From assembly GCF_036964565.1 (NCBI RefSeq), contig NZ_JBALTN010000011.1, positions 54,889-118,888 of the forward strand: a stretch of 64,000 bases of DNA, in the 5' to 3' direction. The position numbers and the translations under genes are program-made. This document shows positions 1 through 11,708 of the stretch, piece by piece. The first letter of the stretch is position 1. The number at the start of each line of letters is the position of its first letter. Under the pieces are notes generated by a model. The model did no database searches, was not told the DNA's origin, and saw only the letters and a list, made by a program, of their open reading frames with translations. The stretch is from Parasphingorhabdus sp. GTDB lineage: Bacteria > Pseudomonadota > Alphaproteobacteria > Sphingomonadales > Sphingomonadaceae.

Positions 1-192
1 TCCGATCGGCTGCTGGTAGAGACGGATGCTCCTTTCCTGGCACCGGTTCCGCATCGGGGCAAGACGGGGGAGCCGGCATTTGTAGCGGATACCACCCGCT
101 ATTTGGCCGAATTGCGCAATACGGAATATGACGAGCTATGTGAGACCACGAGCCGAAATTTCTACCGGCTTTTCTCCAAGGCACGACCCTGA
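1..192 (+). CDS. TatD-family metal-dependent hydrolase, C-terminal fragment (runs off the window start)
   Basis: Frame 1 is open from base 1 to TGA at 190-192. It translates as SDRLLVETDAPFLAPVPHRGK...NFYRLF, which is a typical TatD C-terminus. Confidence 0.6.
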   Translation, partial: SDRLLVETDAPFLAPVPHRGKTGEPAFVADTTRYLAELRNTEYDELCETTSRNFYRLFSKARP

Positions 193-194
193 AT

Positions 195-965
195 GTGGCT
201 TTGAAACTGACTTTATTGGGTTGCGGAACATCTTCCGGCGTGCCTCGGATCGGCAACGACTGGGGCGATTGCGACCCGGAGGAACCCAAGAACCGGCGGA
301 CCCGCGTTTCCATTCTCGTCGAAAGCCAGACAACCCGGATATTGGTCGATACCTCACCCGATTTGCGCAATCAGTTGCTGGACAATGACATCGCCGGTAT
401 CGACGCAGTAATCTGGACGCATGATCATGCGGACCATTGCCATGGGGTTGACGATCTGCGTGCCATCTTCCAGCAGACGCGGCAGACAATCCCCGCTTAC
501 GCGCGGCCGTTCGCGTTGGACAGCTTGCGCGCACGGTTTGCCTATGTCTTCGAGGGGCACGAATATTATCCGTCTATCTGCGATCCTATCGTGCTGGAAG
601 GCGATGTCGAGATCGGGGACATTGTCGTTCGCCATGTCGATCAGCCGCATGGCCCGATAACATCTGCCGGATTGCGATTCGAGCATCAGGGAAAATCTGT
701 TGTGTACGCGACCGATTTTGGCGAAGTCACAAGCGAAATGCGGGAACTCTATCGCGACTGCGACCTGTTTGTCGTGGATGCGTTGCGCGACAAGCCACAT
801 CCCACCCATGCCCATCTGGAGATGTCGCTGGCCCTGATCAGGGAGGCAGGACCGCGGCTCAGCCTGTTGACGCATATGGACAATTCGATGGACTATCGCC
901 ATCTTCTCACAACATTGCCGGACGATGTTCTGCCCGGCTTTGATGGCTATGAGAAAGAAATCTGA
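195..965 (+). CDS. MBL-fold metallo-hydrolase
   Basis: 256 aa ORF. It has the HxHxDH motif (WTHDHADH) and a GCGTSSGVP N-terminus. Confidence 0.75.
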   Translation: MALKLTLLGCGTSSGVPRIGNDWGDCDPEEPKNRRTRVSILVESQTTRILVDTSPDLRNQLLDNDIAGIDAVIWTHDHADHCHGVDDLRAIFQQTRQTIPAYARPFALDSLRARFAYVFEGHEYYPSICDPIVLEGDVEIGDIVVRHVDQPHGPITSAGLRFEHQGKSVVYATDFGEVTSEMRELYRDCDLFVVDALRDKPHPTHAHLEMSLALIREAGPRLSLLTHMDNSMDYRHLLTTLPDDVLPGFDGYEKEI

Positions 966-968
966 CCG

Positions 969-1589
969 TTGACCGAAGACCAGAATATCAATCTTGTGTT
1001 CGCCATCGGTGCTCTTGTTCTGGTGGCCAGCGCGCTGTTTTCGCGCCGTATCGGTTTCGGTGAAATCATGCGGAACATCCTGGCGTGGGTCGCGATTTTT
1101 GCGATATTCATCGTCGGTTTTTCCTACCAGCAGGAAATCAAAGCGGTCTGGAGCCGCGTCTCGGGAGAAATGGCCGGTGCGCACGACCAGATCGTGGAGG
1201 GCGAGACGTTGCGGATACGGCAGTCGGCAGATGGCCATTTCTGGGTGGATGGAAAGGTTAACGCGGTTCCGGTGCGGTTCCTGATCGACAGCGGGGCAAC
1301 CACCACGGCGATGTCGTTGCGAACGGCGCAGAATGCGGGTGTGGATATCAGTGAGAGTCCGTTCCCGGTGGTGCTGACGACAGCCAACGGAACGGTTCAG
1401 GCAAAGCGCGGAACGATCGGTTCGCTGCAGATCGGACCGATGCTGGTGGAGGAACTGCCGGTCGTGGTGGCGGCGGAATTCGGGGATTCGAACGTGATCG
1501 GGATGAATTTTTTATCAAGGTTGCGAAGTTGGCGCGTGGAGGGGGGTGAAATGGTGTTGGAACCGGGGGATTCCGGTGGCAGCAAATGA
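969..1589 (+). CDS. Membrane-anchored retropepsin-like (clan AA) aspartic protease
   Basis: 206 aa. The N-terminus has hydrophobic helices, followed by the D-S-G-A active-site motif (LIDSGATTTAM). Confidence 0.7.
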   Translation: MTEDQNINLVFAIGALVLVASALFSRRIGFGEIMRNILAWVAIFAIFIVGFSYQQEIKAVWSRVSGEMAGAHDQIVEGETLRIRQSADGHFWVDGKVNAVPVRFLIDSGATTTAMSLRTAQNAGVDISESPFPVVLTTANGTVQAKRGTIGSLQIGPMLVEELPVVVAAEFGDSNVIGMNFLSRLRSWRVEGGEMVLEPGDSGGSK

Positions 1590-1631
1590 TCTTTAATTTA
1601 ACATAATATATATTATCAACCTTAAATATCC

Positions 1632-2393
1632 ATGGAAACGAGAGCAGCCTTGATCGATCCCCTGCTAGAAATCATGCGGCGTCTGCGCGATCCGGACAGC
1701 GGCTGCGACTGGGACAAGGTCCAGACCTTCGGCACCATCGCACCCTATACGATCGAGGAAGCCTATGAAGTGGCCGATGCAATCGAACGTGATGATATGG
1801 TTGCACTCCAGGATGAACTGGGCGACCTTTTGCTGCAGGTGGTGTTCCACAGCCAGATCGCCGCCGACAACGGGCAATTCACCTTTGCCGACGTGGTCGC
1901 CGGGATTTGCGCCAAGATGACGCGCCGGCACCCGCATATCTTCGGCGATGCCGATGCAAGCCCCGGATGGGAACAACTGAAGGCCGACGAACGCGCGCAA
2001 TCCGGCAAGGCGAGCGCGCTGGACGGGGTGGCGCTGGCCCTGCCCGCCCTGCTCCGCGCCCAGAAAATCCAGAAGCGCGCCGCGCGCGTGGGTTTTGACT
2101 GGCCCGACAAGGAACCGGTCCGGGACAAGCTGCTGGAAGAACTGGACGAAGTTGCCAACGCCAGCACGGAAGCGGAAATCCATGAGGAGATCGGCGATCT
2201 GCTGTTCTCGGCGGTCAACCTGGCGCGCCACTACAAGGTCGATGCGGAGCGCGCCCTCGCTGATGCAACGAAGAAGTTTACCAAGAGATTCAATCAGATA
2301 GAATCCGCAATTGACAAAGACATGCAGGAAATGTCGATCGACGAGCTGGAGGCCGAATGGCAAAAGGCCAAGACCAGCCCGTCCAGCAGCTGA
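1632..2393 (+). CDS. mazG: Nucleoside triphosphate pyrophosphohydrolase MazG
   Basis: 253 aa with tandem MazG-type EExxE/D helices (EEAYEVADAIE; EELDEV..EEIGDLLF). Confidence 0.85.
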   Translation: METRAALIDPLLEIMRRLRDPDSGCDWDKVQTFGTIAPYTIEEAYEVADAIERDDMVALQDELGDLLLQVVFHSQIAADNGQFTFADVVAGICAKMTRRHPHIFGDADASPGWEQLKADERAQSGKASALDGVALALPALLRAQKIQKRAARVGFDWPDKEPVRDKLLEELDEVANASTEAEIHEEIGDLLFSAVNLARHYKVDAERALADATKKFTKRFNQIESAIDKDMQEMSIDELEAEWQKAKTSPSSS

Positions 2394-2397
2394 TCAT

Positions 2398-3696
2398 TCA
2401 ATCCAGCGCGAGATAACGCCCCCAGTTGCGGGGTGACATCTCGACCGTAAGTCGCAGATTGTCCGCATCCTGATCGCTGTCGAGAACGCGCCCGTTTTCA
2501 TGCAGCCAGGCGATGCGCTTGCCATCCCCCGCCGCGATGCTGATCTGCTCGGTCTTGTAGCCTTCCGACAAGGTCTTCGCGACAAGATTGACGAGCGTGT
2601 CGACGCCGGCGCCGGTTTGAGCGGAAATCGCGCAGACATTGGCCGGCAAGGGTGACGTGATCCGGGCATATTGCGGATCGTCCGGTCCGATCCGGTCAAT
2701 CTTGTTCCAGGCCTCGATCACCGGTGGCCCCTCTCCTGCTTCCTCCGAAACGCCCAGATCCGCCAGAATCTGACGCACATCCCGGGCCTGGGCATCGCTG
2801 GCTTCGTGCGAAATGTCGCGGACATGGATGACGATGTCGGCCGCCGTGACTTCTTCGAGCGTGGCGCGGAAGGCGGCGACCAGCTGCGTTGGCAGATCGG
2901 AGACGAATCCCACCGTATCCGACAGGATCGCCTTGTCGTAGCCCGGCAGCGAAATTTCGCGCATCGTCGGATCAAGCGTAGCGAACAGCAGGTCCTCGGC
3001 AAAGACATCGGCCCCGGTCAGACGGTTGAACAGGGTGGATTTGCCCGCGTTGGTGTAACCGACCAGGGCGATGACCGGCCACGGCGCACGCTGACGGCGG
3101 TCGCGGTGCAGAGCGCGGGTCTTGCGCAGATGGGCAAGGTCCTTGCGCAATTTGGCCATGCGGTCCCGGATCATCCGGCGATCCGATTCGATCTGGGTCT
3201 CACCGGGGCCGCCCAGAAAGCCAAAACCGCCCCGTTGCCGTTCAAGGTGGGTCCAGCTGCGGACCAGACGCCCGGCCTGATAATCGAGATGCGCGAGTTC
3301 GACCTGCAACCGGCCTTCGGCGGTGGCGGCGCGAGCGCCAAAAATCTCGAGAATCAGCCCGGTGCGGTCGATCACCTTGACCTTGAGCGTCTCCTCCAGA
3401 TTGCGCTGCTGAATAGCGCTCAGACTACCGTCAACGATCAATATCGTGGCCGAATTGTCGACCATCATCTTGCCAATCTGCTCGACCTGACCGGATCCGA
3501 ACAAAGTCGCCGGCTTGGCCTTGCGCACCGAAAAATAATGGGAAGCCGTTGCGACCAGGCCTATGGCCAGAGCCAGACCAACCGCCTCGGCCAGCCGATG
3601 CTCCAGCGCCGTCTGGCTGAGCGAAGCCATGTCGGGATGGACGATGACCGCCCGCCCGCTTTTGGAATCGATGTTTTCCTTCTCAAATGGAATCAA
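2398..3696 (-). CDS. hflX: GTPase HflX
   Basis: 432 aa. G1 motif is GYTNAGKST and G3 motif is DTVGF. It lies downstream of hfq, which is the conserved order. The start codon is uncertain: the track start is a TTG overlapping the hfq stop. Confidence 0.9.
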   Translation of the reverse strand: MIPFEKENIDSKSGRAVIVHPDMASLSQTALEHRLAEAVGLALAIGLVATASHYFSVRKAKPATLFGSGQVEQIGKMMVDNSATILIVDGSLSAIQQRNLEETLKVKVIDRTGLILEIFGARAATAEGRLQVELAHLDYQAGRLVRSWTHLERQRGGFGFLGGPGETQIESDRRMIRDRMAKLRKDLAHLRKTRALHRDRRQRAPWPVIALVGYTNAGKSTLFNRLTGADVFAEDLLFATLDPTMREISLPGYDKAILSDTVGFVSDLPTQLVAAFRATLEEVTAADIVIHVRDISHEASDAQARDVRQILADLGVSEEAGEGPPVIEAWNKIDRIGPDDPQYARITSPLPANVCAISAQTGAGVDTLVNLVAKTLSEGYKTEQISIAAGDGKRIAWLHENGRVLDSDQDADNLRLTVEMSPRNWGRYLALD

Positions 3697-4187
3697 TGCG
3701 CACCGTCGTCGGCATTGTTATAATCGGCGAGATTCAGCGGACCGCCGGGCTGAACGGTGGATATTGCGTGCTTGTAGACCAGTTGCGACAGACCCTCCCG
3801 CTCGAGCAGGATGCAGAACAGGTCATAGGCCGCCACTTCACCCTGCAACATCACTCCGTTGACCAGAAACATGGTCACCGGATCACCGCTATCGCGCACG
3901 GCGGACAGGAACACTTCCTGCAGCACCCCAGCGCGGGACTTGGCGTTGTTCATGAGCTCGGCGAAAGGCTTGGTGTCCAGAGCTTCCGACGGCATGATCG
4001 TCGAAATGGCATGCTTGTAGACCAGCTGGGACTGTCCGTCGCGGCGGAGCAATACCGAAAAATTGTCGAACCAGGTGACAATGCCCTGAAGCTTGACGCC
4101 CTTGACCAGAAACATCGTTACGGGGGTTTTTGATTTCCGGAGGGAATTTAGGAATAAATCCTGTAAATTGTTTGATTTATCGGTCAT
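3693..4187 (-). CDS. hfq: RNA chaperone Hfq, tandem two-Sm-domain form
   Basis: 164 aa. There are two complete Hfq repeats, and each ends in the Sm2 motif YKHAIST (aa 57-63 and 138-144). Confidence 0.9.
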   Translation of the reverse strand: MTDKSNNLQDLFLNSLRKSKTPVTMFLVKGVKLQGIVTWFDNFSVLLRRDGQSQLVYKHAISTIMPSEALDTKPFAELMNNAKSRAGVLQEVFLSAVRDSGDPVTMFLVNGVMLQGEVAAYDLFCILLEREGLSQLVYKHAISTVQPGGPLNLADYNNADDGAH

Positions 4188-4323
4188 GTTTGACTCCTAT
4201 TATTGGCGATCTTGACGATCGCATTTTATGATTTGCCGATGCCATCCCGTGTCTGTCGTCGATGGCCTGCCCCGATATATATATGGGATTTGTATCTCAA
4301 CGACAACCGCTTAACCTTGTCCT

Positions 4324-5706
4324 TTATTCGCCGTCGGATTTCTTGCGACCCGCCAGGCCGAGTATCTTCAGTTTCCGGTGCAGCGCCGACCGTTCCATGC
4401 CGATGAAATTTGCGGTCTTGGAAATATTGCCGGAGAAGCGGCGGATCTGGACCTTCAGATATTCCCGTTCGAAACTCTCGCGGGCCTCGCGCAGGGGTGA
4501 ACCCATCAGCGATGCAACGCCCTGATCGAGATCGTCGTTGTTGCCAAGCACCTCGGGAGGCAGCATTTCGACCTCAATGCGGCTGAAATTTTCCTTCGGC
4601 GCCAGGATGATGGTCCGTTCGACCACATTGCGGAGCTGCCGGACATTGCCCGGCCAGTCGCATGCCTGAAGCGCTGCCATTGCTTCGTCCGAGATCTCGG
4701 GCGGCTGCAAGCGCTGTTCCGCGGCAAAGCGGGCGGCATAATGGTCAACCAGCACCGGGATATCCTCACGCCGCTGATTCAGCGGCGGCAGCACCACCGG
4801 GACGACGTTGAGCCGATAGAACAGGTCCTCACGAAACCGCTTCTCGCGGATCTCAACCTCGAGATCGCGCGAGGTGGCGGAGACCACCCGTACGTCGACG
4901 CTGACCTTTTGCGAGCCGCCGAGCCGGTTAAAGCTCTGCTCCGTCAGAACCCGCAATATCTTGCCCTGCGTGTCGAGCGGCATGTCGGCGACCTCGTCGA
5001 TGAACAGGGTCCCGCCATGGGCCTCTTCCATGAGGCCGGTTTTCTCGATCTTGCCGTCGCGTTCGGTCCCGAACAGCTCTTCCTCGACGCTTTCCGGGGA
5101 CAATCTGGCCGCGCTTATCGTGACGAAGGCCGCATCTGCGCGCGAGCTCCAGTTGTGCATCAGCCGGGCGGCGACCTCCTTGCCGACGCCTGCCGGGCCG
5201 GAGATCAGCAACCGGCTGCCGGTTCCGGCAACTCGCTTGAGGGTCGCCCGGACATTGTTCACCGCGGCGGAATTGCCGGTCAGTTCATCGGCAAACCCGA
5301 CCCGGGCCTTGAGGATCTCGTTTTCCCGGCGGAGCCGGTCGGTTTCGGTCGCACGGGCGACCAGATGCAGCAGATGTTCGGCCTCGAACGGCTTTTCGAT
5401 GAAGTCGACCGCGCCCTGGGAAATGGCGGCGACCGCCGTATCGATATTGCCATGGCCGGAGATCACGATGATCGGCATCTTGGCATCAAGCTGCTTCAGT
5501 TCGGTGAGCAGTTCCAGGCCATCGAGGCGCGAACCTCTCAGCCAGACATCGAGCAGGACCAGCGAGGGGCGCCGCTCGTTGACCGCCGCCAGCGTCTCGT
5601 CGCTGTTGGCGGCGACGCGGGTGGTGTAGCCCTCGTCTTCCAATACGCCGGATATCAGTTCACGAATATCGGGCTCGTCGTCGACTACCAGGATATCTAA
5701 CGCCAT
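4324..5706 (-). CDS. ntrX: Sigma-54-type AAA+ response regulator NtrX
   Basis: 460 aa with a receiver domain, a GPAGVGKE Walker A and a C-terminal HTH. It lies downstream of ntrY. Confidence 0.85.
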   Translation of the reverse strand: MALDILVVDDEPDIRELISGVLEDEGYTTRVAANSDETLAAVNERRPSLVLLDVWLRGSRLDGLELLTELKQLDAKMPIIVISGHGNIDTAVAAISQGAVDFIEKPFEAEHLLHLVARATETDRLRRENEILKARVGFADELTGNSAAVNNVRATLKRVAGTGSRLLISGPAGVGKEVAARLMHNWSSRADAAFVTISAARLSPESVEEELFGTERDGKIEKTGLMEEAHGGTLFIDEVADMPLDTQGKILRVLTEQSFNRLGGSQKVSVDVRVVSATSRDLEVEIREKRFREDLFYRLNVVPVVLPPLNQRREDIPVLVDHYAARFAAEQRLQPPEISDEAMAALQACDWPGNVRQLRNVVERTIILAPKENFSRIEVEMLPPEVLGNNDDLDQGVASLMGSPLREARESFEREYLKVQIRRFSGNISKTANFIGMERSALHRKLKILGLAGRKKSDGE

Positions 5707-5722
5707 GCTGGACCTCTAACTC

Positions 5723-8014
5723 TCACTTATCGATTTCTGCCATATGTTCATCTGCGCCGTCGTCGTCTGGTCGCGACGGCCCCGCTTCTGTCGCCGAATC
5801 ATGCGACAGCCGGGCCAGTTTCGCCGGATTGAGCCGGATCGTCACCCGCGTGCCGCCGTCCGCGGCGTCGCTGAATTTCATCTCCCCAAAATGTTCCTCG
5901 ACGATTTTCTTGACGATCGCCAGGCCAAGCCCGGTGCCGCTGGCCCGGGTCGTCATATAGGGTTCGACGATCCGATCCCGCTCGATCGGCAGGCCGATGC
6001 CGTTGTCGGTCAATTCGATGACGACAAACTGGTTCTCTGTCCGCACCGCCAGGTTGATGCTGCCATCCGATACGTGAAAGTCGCTGCTGCTTTCCGCTTT
6101 CTGCTGAATGGCTTCGGCGGCATTCTTGATGATGTTGGTCAGCGCCTGCCCCAGTTGCCGCCGGTCGCACACCAGCGAGATGGGCTGGTCGTCCGATTCG
6201 AAGTTGAACGTTATCGCGGACCATGCGACGTCCTGCATGAACAGGGCCTGCTTCAGAATGTCGTGGAGGTTCTCGTCGCGGAAAACCGGCTTGGGCATCC
6301 GCGCGAAGGACGAAAATTCGTCGACGATATTGCGCAGGTCACCCACCTGCCGGACGATCGTGTTGGTGAGATTCTGGAACACGTCGACATCGTCGCTTAT
6401 CCGCGGGCCAAAGCGGCGCTGCAGCCGTTCGGCGGCCAGCTGGATCGGGGTCAGCGGATTCTTGATTTCATGCGCGATCCGCCGCGCGACGTCCGACCAG
6501 GCCGCCCTGCGCTGGTCGAGCAATTGCTGGGTAATATCCTCGAAGGTGATGACGTGGCCGCTTGGCCCGCCGACGATCTTTACCGCCAGCGTCCGCATGT
6601 CGGAATCGGAGGCAAATTCGATGATGCTGTTCTCCACGCCCTCGGCGATCAGCGCCGCAAACTGGGGCGCCGCCTTGCCGATATCGGCTTCCAGAAGATC
6701 GTCGAGCGGTTTCGAAAGCAGCGACTGGGCCTGGGAATTGACCAGGCGGATCTCGCCCTTTTCATCGAGGCTGATGATCCCGGCGGTCACCGATTCGAGC
6801 ACCGCCTCGATAAAGGCGCGCCTGCTGCCCAGTTGCTCGTTTGCCGTGATCAGCGCGGTGGTCTGTGTTTCCAGCCGTTCGGTCATTCGGTTGAACGCGC
6901 GTCCGAGCGTCCCGATCTCGTCATTTTCAAAGGTGGTCGGTACGCGCGTCGCCAGATCGCCCTCCGTGACCCGCTTGGCCGCGTGCACGAGGTCGCTGAC
7001 CGGCCGCACCATGCGGTCCGCCACCAATAGCGCGATCCACAGGACCAGGCCGACAATCAGCAGCGAGATGACGAACAGGGCCACGTTGAACTGGAGCTGC
7101 AGGCTCCTGGAGCGGGAAAACAGCTCCTCATAGTCGGCGAGCACGGCCTGCGCGCGTTCCCACTGGCTGAGCGCCAGCATGTCGGAATCCCGCGCCGCGT
7201 ACAGGAAGATTCGCGAACTCAGATCCAGAGCGGTGACGGCCTCGATCTTGTTGGGCCGGGCCGTGACCACGTAATTCTGGCCTTTCTGAAGCTGTTGCAG
7301 GACGGCTTCGGTGATCTTGGGGCGCTGGTCCGCATTGTCGGGGTCGACGGCGGCCGCGGTTCGGGCCACGCCGTCGGCGCCGATCTCGATGATCGCCGAT
7401 TCGTTCAGCTTGCGCGACAACACCTGAAAGACATAGCCTTCGGCAAATTCCGGGCTTTCGAGATCCGCCTGCTGAAGATAGTTGCGCAGGTCGTTGGCCA
7501 TGGTGATCGTTTCTTCACCGACTTCCCGCTGATTCTGTTCGTAATAGCCGCGCGCCAGATCATTGGCATTTTCCAGCATCCCCCTCGCGCGATCGGAGAA
7601 CCAGAATTCCACGCCATATTGGAACAGCAGCGAGGCAAATATCACGACCAGCAGCATCGGTATGCTGGCGACCAGCGAGAACAGGGCGACCAAGCGGACG
7701 TGCAGCCGGCCCTTGCTGCCGATCGAGGACCGGGCTGCCCTGCCCTTTGCAATCCGCCGGCCGAACAGCACCAGCAGGGTCATCGCCGGGATCAGGTTGC
7801 CGACCAGCAGCGCTGCGGTCAGCGGCGGCGAGATGAAATCGGTCTGGTCGGACTGGCGGCTCAGCAGGAAATAGGTGCCGAGCATGATCGCGCCGAACAG
7901 CAGGATCACCACCCATTCCACCCGCCGCATCACGGCTTCCTTCTCCGCCATCAGCGACAGGCGTCGCAGCCAGTTGGGCACGCGCGGATCCGGGGGTTGG
8001 TTATACGCCGTCAT
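5723..8014 (-). CDS. ntrY: Sensor histidine kinase NtrY
   Basis: TM helices, HAMP, PAS, an H-box (HEIKNPLTPI) and an HATPase domain. I chose the start at internal ATG 8014; the ORF track extends to 8053. Confidence 0.85.
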   Translation of the reverse strand: MTAYNQPPDPRVPNWLRRLSLMAEKEAVMRRVEWVVILLFGAIMLGTYFLLSRQSDQTDFISPPLTAALLVGNLIPAMTLLVLFGRRIAKGRAARSSIGSKGRLHVRLVALFSLVASIPMLLVVIFASLLFQYGVEFWFSDRARGMLENANDLARGYYEQNQREVGEETITMANDLRNYLQQADLESPEFAEGYVFQVLSRKLNESAIIEIGADGVARTAAAVDPDNADQRPKITEAVLQQLQKGQNYVVTARPNKIEAVTALDLSSRIFLYAARDSDMLALSQWERAQAVLADYEELFSRSRSLQLQFNVALFVISLLIVGLVLWIALLVADRMVRPVSDLVHAAKRVTEGDLATRVPTTFENDEIGTLGRAFNRMTERLETQTTALITANEQLGSRRAFIEAVLESVTAGIISLDEKGEIRLVNSQAQSLLSKPLDDLLEADIGKAAPQFAALIAEGVENSIIEFASDSDMRTLAVKIVGGPSGHVITFEDITQQLLDQRRAAWSDVARRIAHEIKNPLTPIQLAAERLQRRFGPRISDDVDVFQNLTNTIVRQVGDLRNIVDEFSSFARMPKPVFRDENLHDILKQALFMQDVAWSAITFNFESDDQPISLVCDRRQLGQALTNIIKNAAEAIQQKAESSSDFHVSDGSINLAVRTENQFVVIELTDNGIGLPIERDRIVEPYMTTRASGTGLGLAIVKKIVEEHFGEMKFSDAADGGTRVTIRLNPAKLARLSHDSATEAGPSRPDDDGADEHMAEIDK

Positions 8015-8110
8015 TGTGCTTTCAATACAACAGTTTCGTTGCGGGAAAAGCACTTATATTGCAAAAATATCACGGTTCAGCCAACCAGACCGTCCGTTCA
8101 TCGCGCGCGT

Positions 8111-9532
<1,422 letters not shown>

Positions 9533-9547
9533 GCTGTTGTCCTGACG

Positions 9548-10621
9548 TCAGTTTTTCGGGGCTAGGGGGAGGAACAGGGTGAAGCGGCTGAGCTCCTCCT
9601 GGTTTTCGCGGTCGTAGCGGATGCGGCCGTTCATATCGCGCATCAGCTTCTTGACGAGGGCGAGGCCGAGGCCCTGCCCTTCCTTCTTGGTCGAGACGAA
9701 GGGCGAGAATATCTCGCGCTCGAGCTCGACCGGCACGCCGGGGCCATTGTCGCAGACCATCACCTGGATCGGCAGGCGGATCGCGGCATTCTCGCCCTGG
9801 GCGGAGAGCGAGGCGCCGAAGCTGTAGCGGGTGATGATGCGGATTTCCGGGTTGGCCAGATGGCGGGTGGCGTCGACGGCGTTGGCGAGCAGGTTGGTCA
9901 GCACCTGCATCATCGCGTCGGGGTCGATCAGCGCGTCGGGCAGCGACGGGTCGAACTTGTCGCGGATCCTGACCCGCTGGCCGCTCGCTGCCTCGGTCGA
10001 GCGGCGGGCGCGGTCGATCAGGCTGTGGATGTTGACGGCGCGGGTCTGGGCCGGCTGGGTCGAGGACAGGGTCTGCATGCGGTCGAGCAGGTTGACCACG
10101 CGCTCGACCTCGCCGGTGATCATCTGGGTCAGCGGCTTCTGCGATTCGTCGAGCTGCCGGTCGAGCAATTGCGCGGCGCCGCGGATCGCGGCGAGCGGAT
10201 TCTTGATCTCGTGGCTGAGGATGTCGGGCGCGCGGATCGCGAGATTGGAGGGATCGCCGGCGTCGCTTTCGAGGATCGGGCCGTCCTGCGGCAGCAGCGA
10301 CAGCGCGATCAGCCGCCAGGCGGAATCGGAGGCCAGCGGATGGATGTCGAAATCGGCGATGCCGAGCTTGCGCTCGTCGCTCGAGACGACGACGCTGCGG
10401 GCGGTGAGGCTGATTTCGGTGTCGGTCAGCGCGGCGTCCAGCCGCGGGTCGGAAAACTGCAATATCTCGCCGATCGGTCGCCCCACGAGATGCTTGGCGC
10501 TGGTCCCGAACAGCGCTTCGCCGGCAGGATTGACGCGGGTCACGCAATGCCGCGAATCGATGACGATCAGGGCGTGGCTGAGCCCGGCGAGGATCTGTTC
10601 TCCCGAAGGGATGCCGTCCAT
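9548..10621 (-). CDS. ntrB: Nitrogen regulation sensor kinase NtrB
   Basis: 357 aa with PAS, an H-box (HEIKNPL) and HATPase. It is directly upstream of ntrC. Confidence 0.85.
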   Translation of the reverse strand: MDGIPSGEQILAGLSHALIVIDSRHCVTRVNPAGEALFGTSAKHLVGRPIGEILQFSDPRLDAALTDTEISLTARSVVVSSDERKLGIADFDIHPLASDSAWRLIALSLLPQDGPILESDAGDPSNLAIRAPDILSHEIKNPLAAIRGAAQLLDRQLDESQKPLTQMITGEVERVVNLLDRMQTLSSTQPAQTRAVNIHSLIDRARRSTEAASGQRVRIRDKFDPSLPDALIDPDAMMQVLTNLLANAVDATRHLANPEIRIITRYSFGASLSAQGENAAIRLPIQVMVCDNGPGVPVELEREIFSPFVSTKKEGQGLGLALVKKLMRDMNGRIRYDRENQEELSRFTLFLPLAPKN

Positions 10622-11616
10622 CAGGCCGCCGCTTTGTTCAGCCAGGGCGCGTAGAATTCCTCGAGCATTTCCAGCACGACATGGGGATCGTTGACGCTGT
10701 TGGCGCGGTTGCGGAATTCCGCCGAGCCGGTCAGCCCCTTGGTGTACCAGCCGACATGCTTGCGTGCGACCTTGACCCCGACATCCTCGCCATAAAGCTT
10801 CATCATGTCCCGGTAATGCTCGTTGAGAATCGCATATTGGGTGGCGATGTCCGGATCGGGCAGCCGCTCGCCGGTCTTGAACCAGTGCATGAACTGGCCC
10901 AGCAGCCAGGGCTTGCCATAGGCACCGCGGCCGATCATCACGCCGTCGGCACCGCTCTGTTGCAGCGCCGTCTCGCCGTCCTCCAGCGTGCAGATGTCAC
11001 CATTGACGATCACCGGCAGCGACACCGCATCCTTGACCTTGCGGACAAAGGCCCAGTCGGCGCTGTCGCGGTACATCTGGCACCGGGTCCGGCCATGGAC
11101 GACAATCATCTTGGCGCCCAGATCCTCGGCAATATGGGCCAGTTCCGGCGCGTTCAGGCTCTGGTGGTCCCAGCCCATCCGCATCTTGACCGTGACCGGC
11201 ACCCCGACCGCCTCCACCGTCGCCTTGATCAGCGACGCGGCGAGCGGCAGATCGCGCATCAGCGCCGATCCGGCATCGCCATTGACCACCTTTTTCACCG
11301 GGCAGCCCATGTTGATGTCGATGATCTGCGCGCCGCGGTCCTCGTTGAGCCGCGCGGCCTCGGCCATGGTCACCGGATCGCAGCCGGCCAGCTGCATCGA
11401 CACCGGTTCCTCGCTCGGGTCCCAGGCGCATTTCTGCAGCGACTGCCGGGTTTCGCGGATCATCGCCTGGCTGGCGATCATTTCGGTGACGTTGAGGCCC
11501 GAGCCGAAGCGACGCACGAGCTTGCGGAACGGCAAGTCGGTCACGCCGGTCATCGGTGCCAGCAGCACCGGGCTGTCGATCTTCAGGTCGCCGATAAATA
11601 TGGGGTCAATTTTCAT
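10621..11616 (-). CDS. dusB: tRNA dihydrouridine synthase DusB
   Basis: 331 aa Dus-family TIM barrel ([18 protein letters not shown]). It shows the conserved dusB-ntrBC synteny. Confidence 0.85.
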   Translation of the reverse strand: MKIDPIFIGDLKIDSPVLLAPMTGVTDLPFRKLVRRFGSGLNVTEMIASQAMIRETRQSLQKCAWDPSEEPVSMQLAGCDPVTMAEAARLNEDRGAQIIDINMGCPVKKVVNGDAGSALMRDLPLAASLIKATVEAVGVPVTVKMRMGWDHQSLNAPELAHIAEDLGAKMIVVHGRTRCQMYRDSADWAFVRKVKDAVSLPVIVNGDICTLEDGETALQQSGADGVMIGRGAYGKPWLLGQFMHWFKTGERLPDPDIATQYAILNEHYRDMMKLYGEDVGVKVARKHVGWYTKGLTGSAEFRNRANSVNDPHVVLEMLEEFYAPWLNKAAA

Positions 11617-11708
11617 AGATACTGCCTAAAATTTAAGCAGCCTCTATCGCCAAATCAATTGCGAGGCAAGAATTGCTTCATCTCCATTCTCGGCGTAGAT
11701 CGCGTGTC

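Noticed and set aside
1590-1631. A very AT-rich 42-bp spacer before mazG (CTTTAATTTAACATAATATATATTATCAACCTTAAATATCC)
   Set aside because: It is most simply a promoter/UP-element region. The TTAA repeats in it do not have CtrA spacing, and no other structure was evident.
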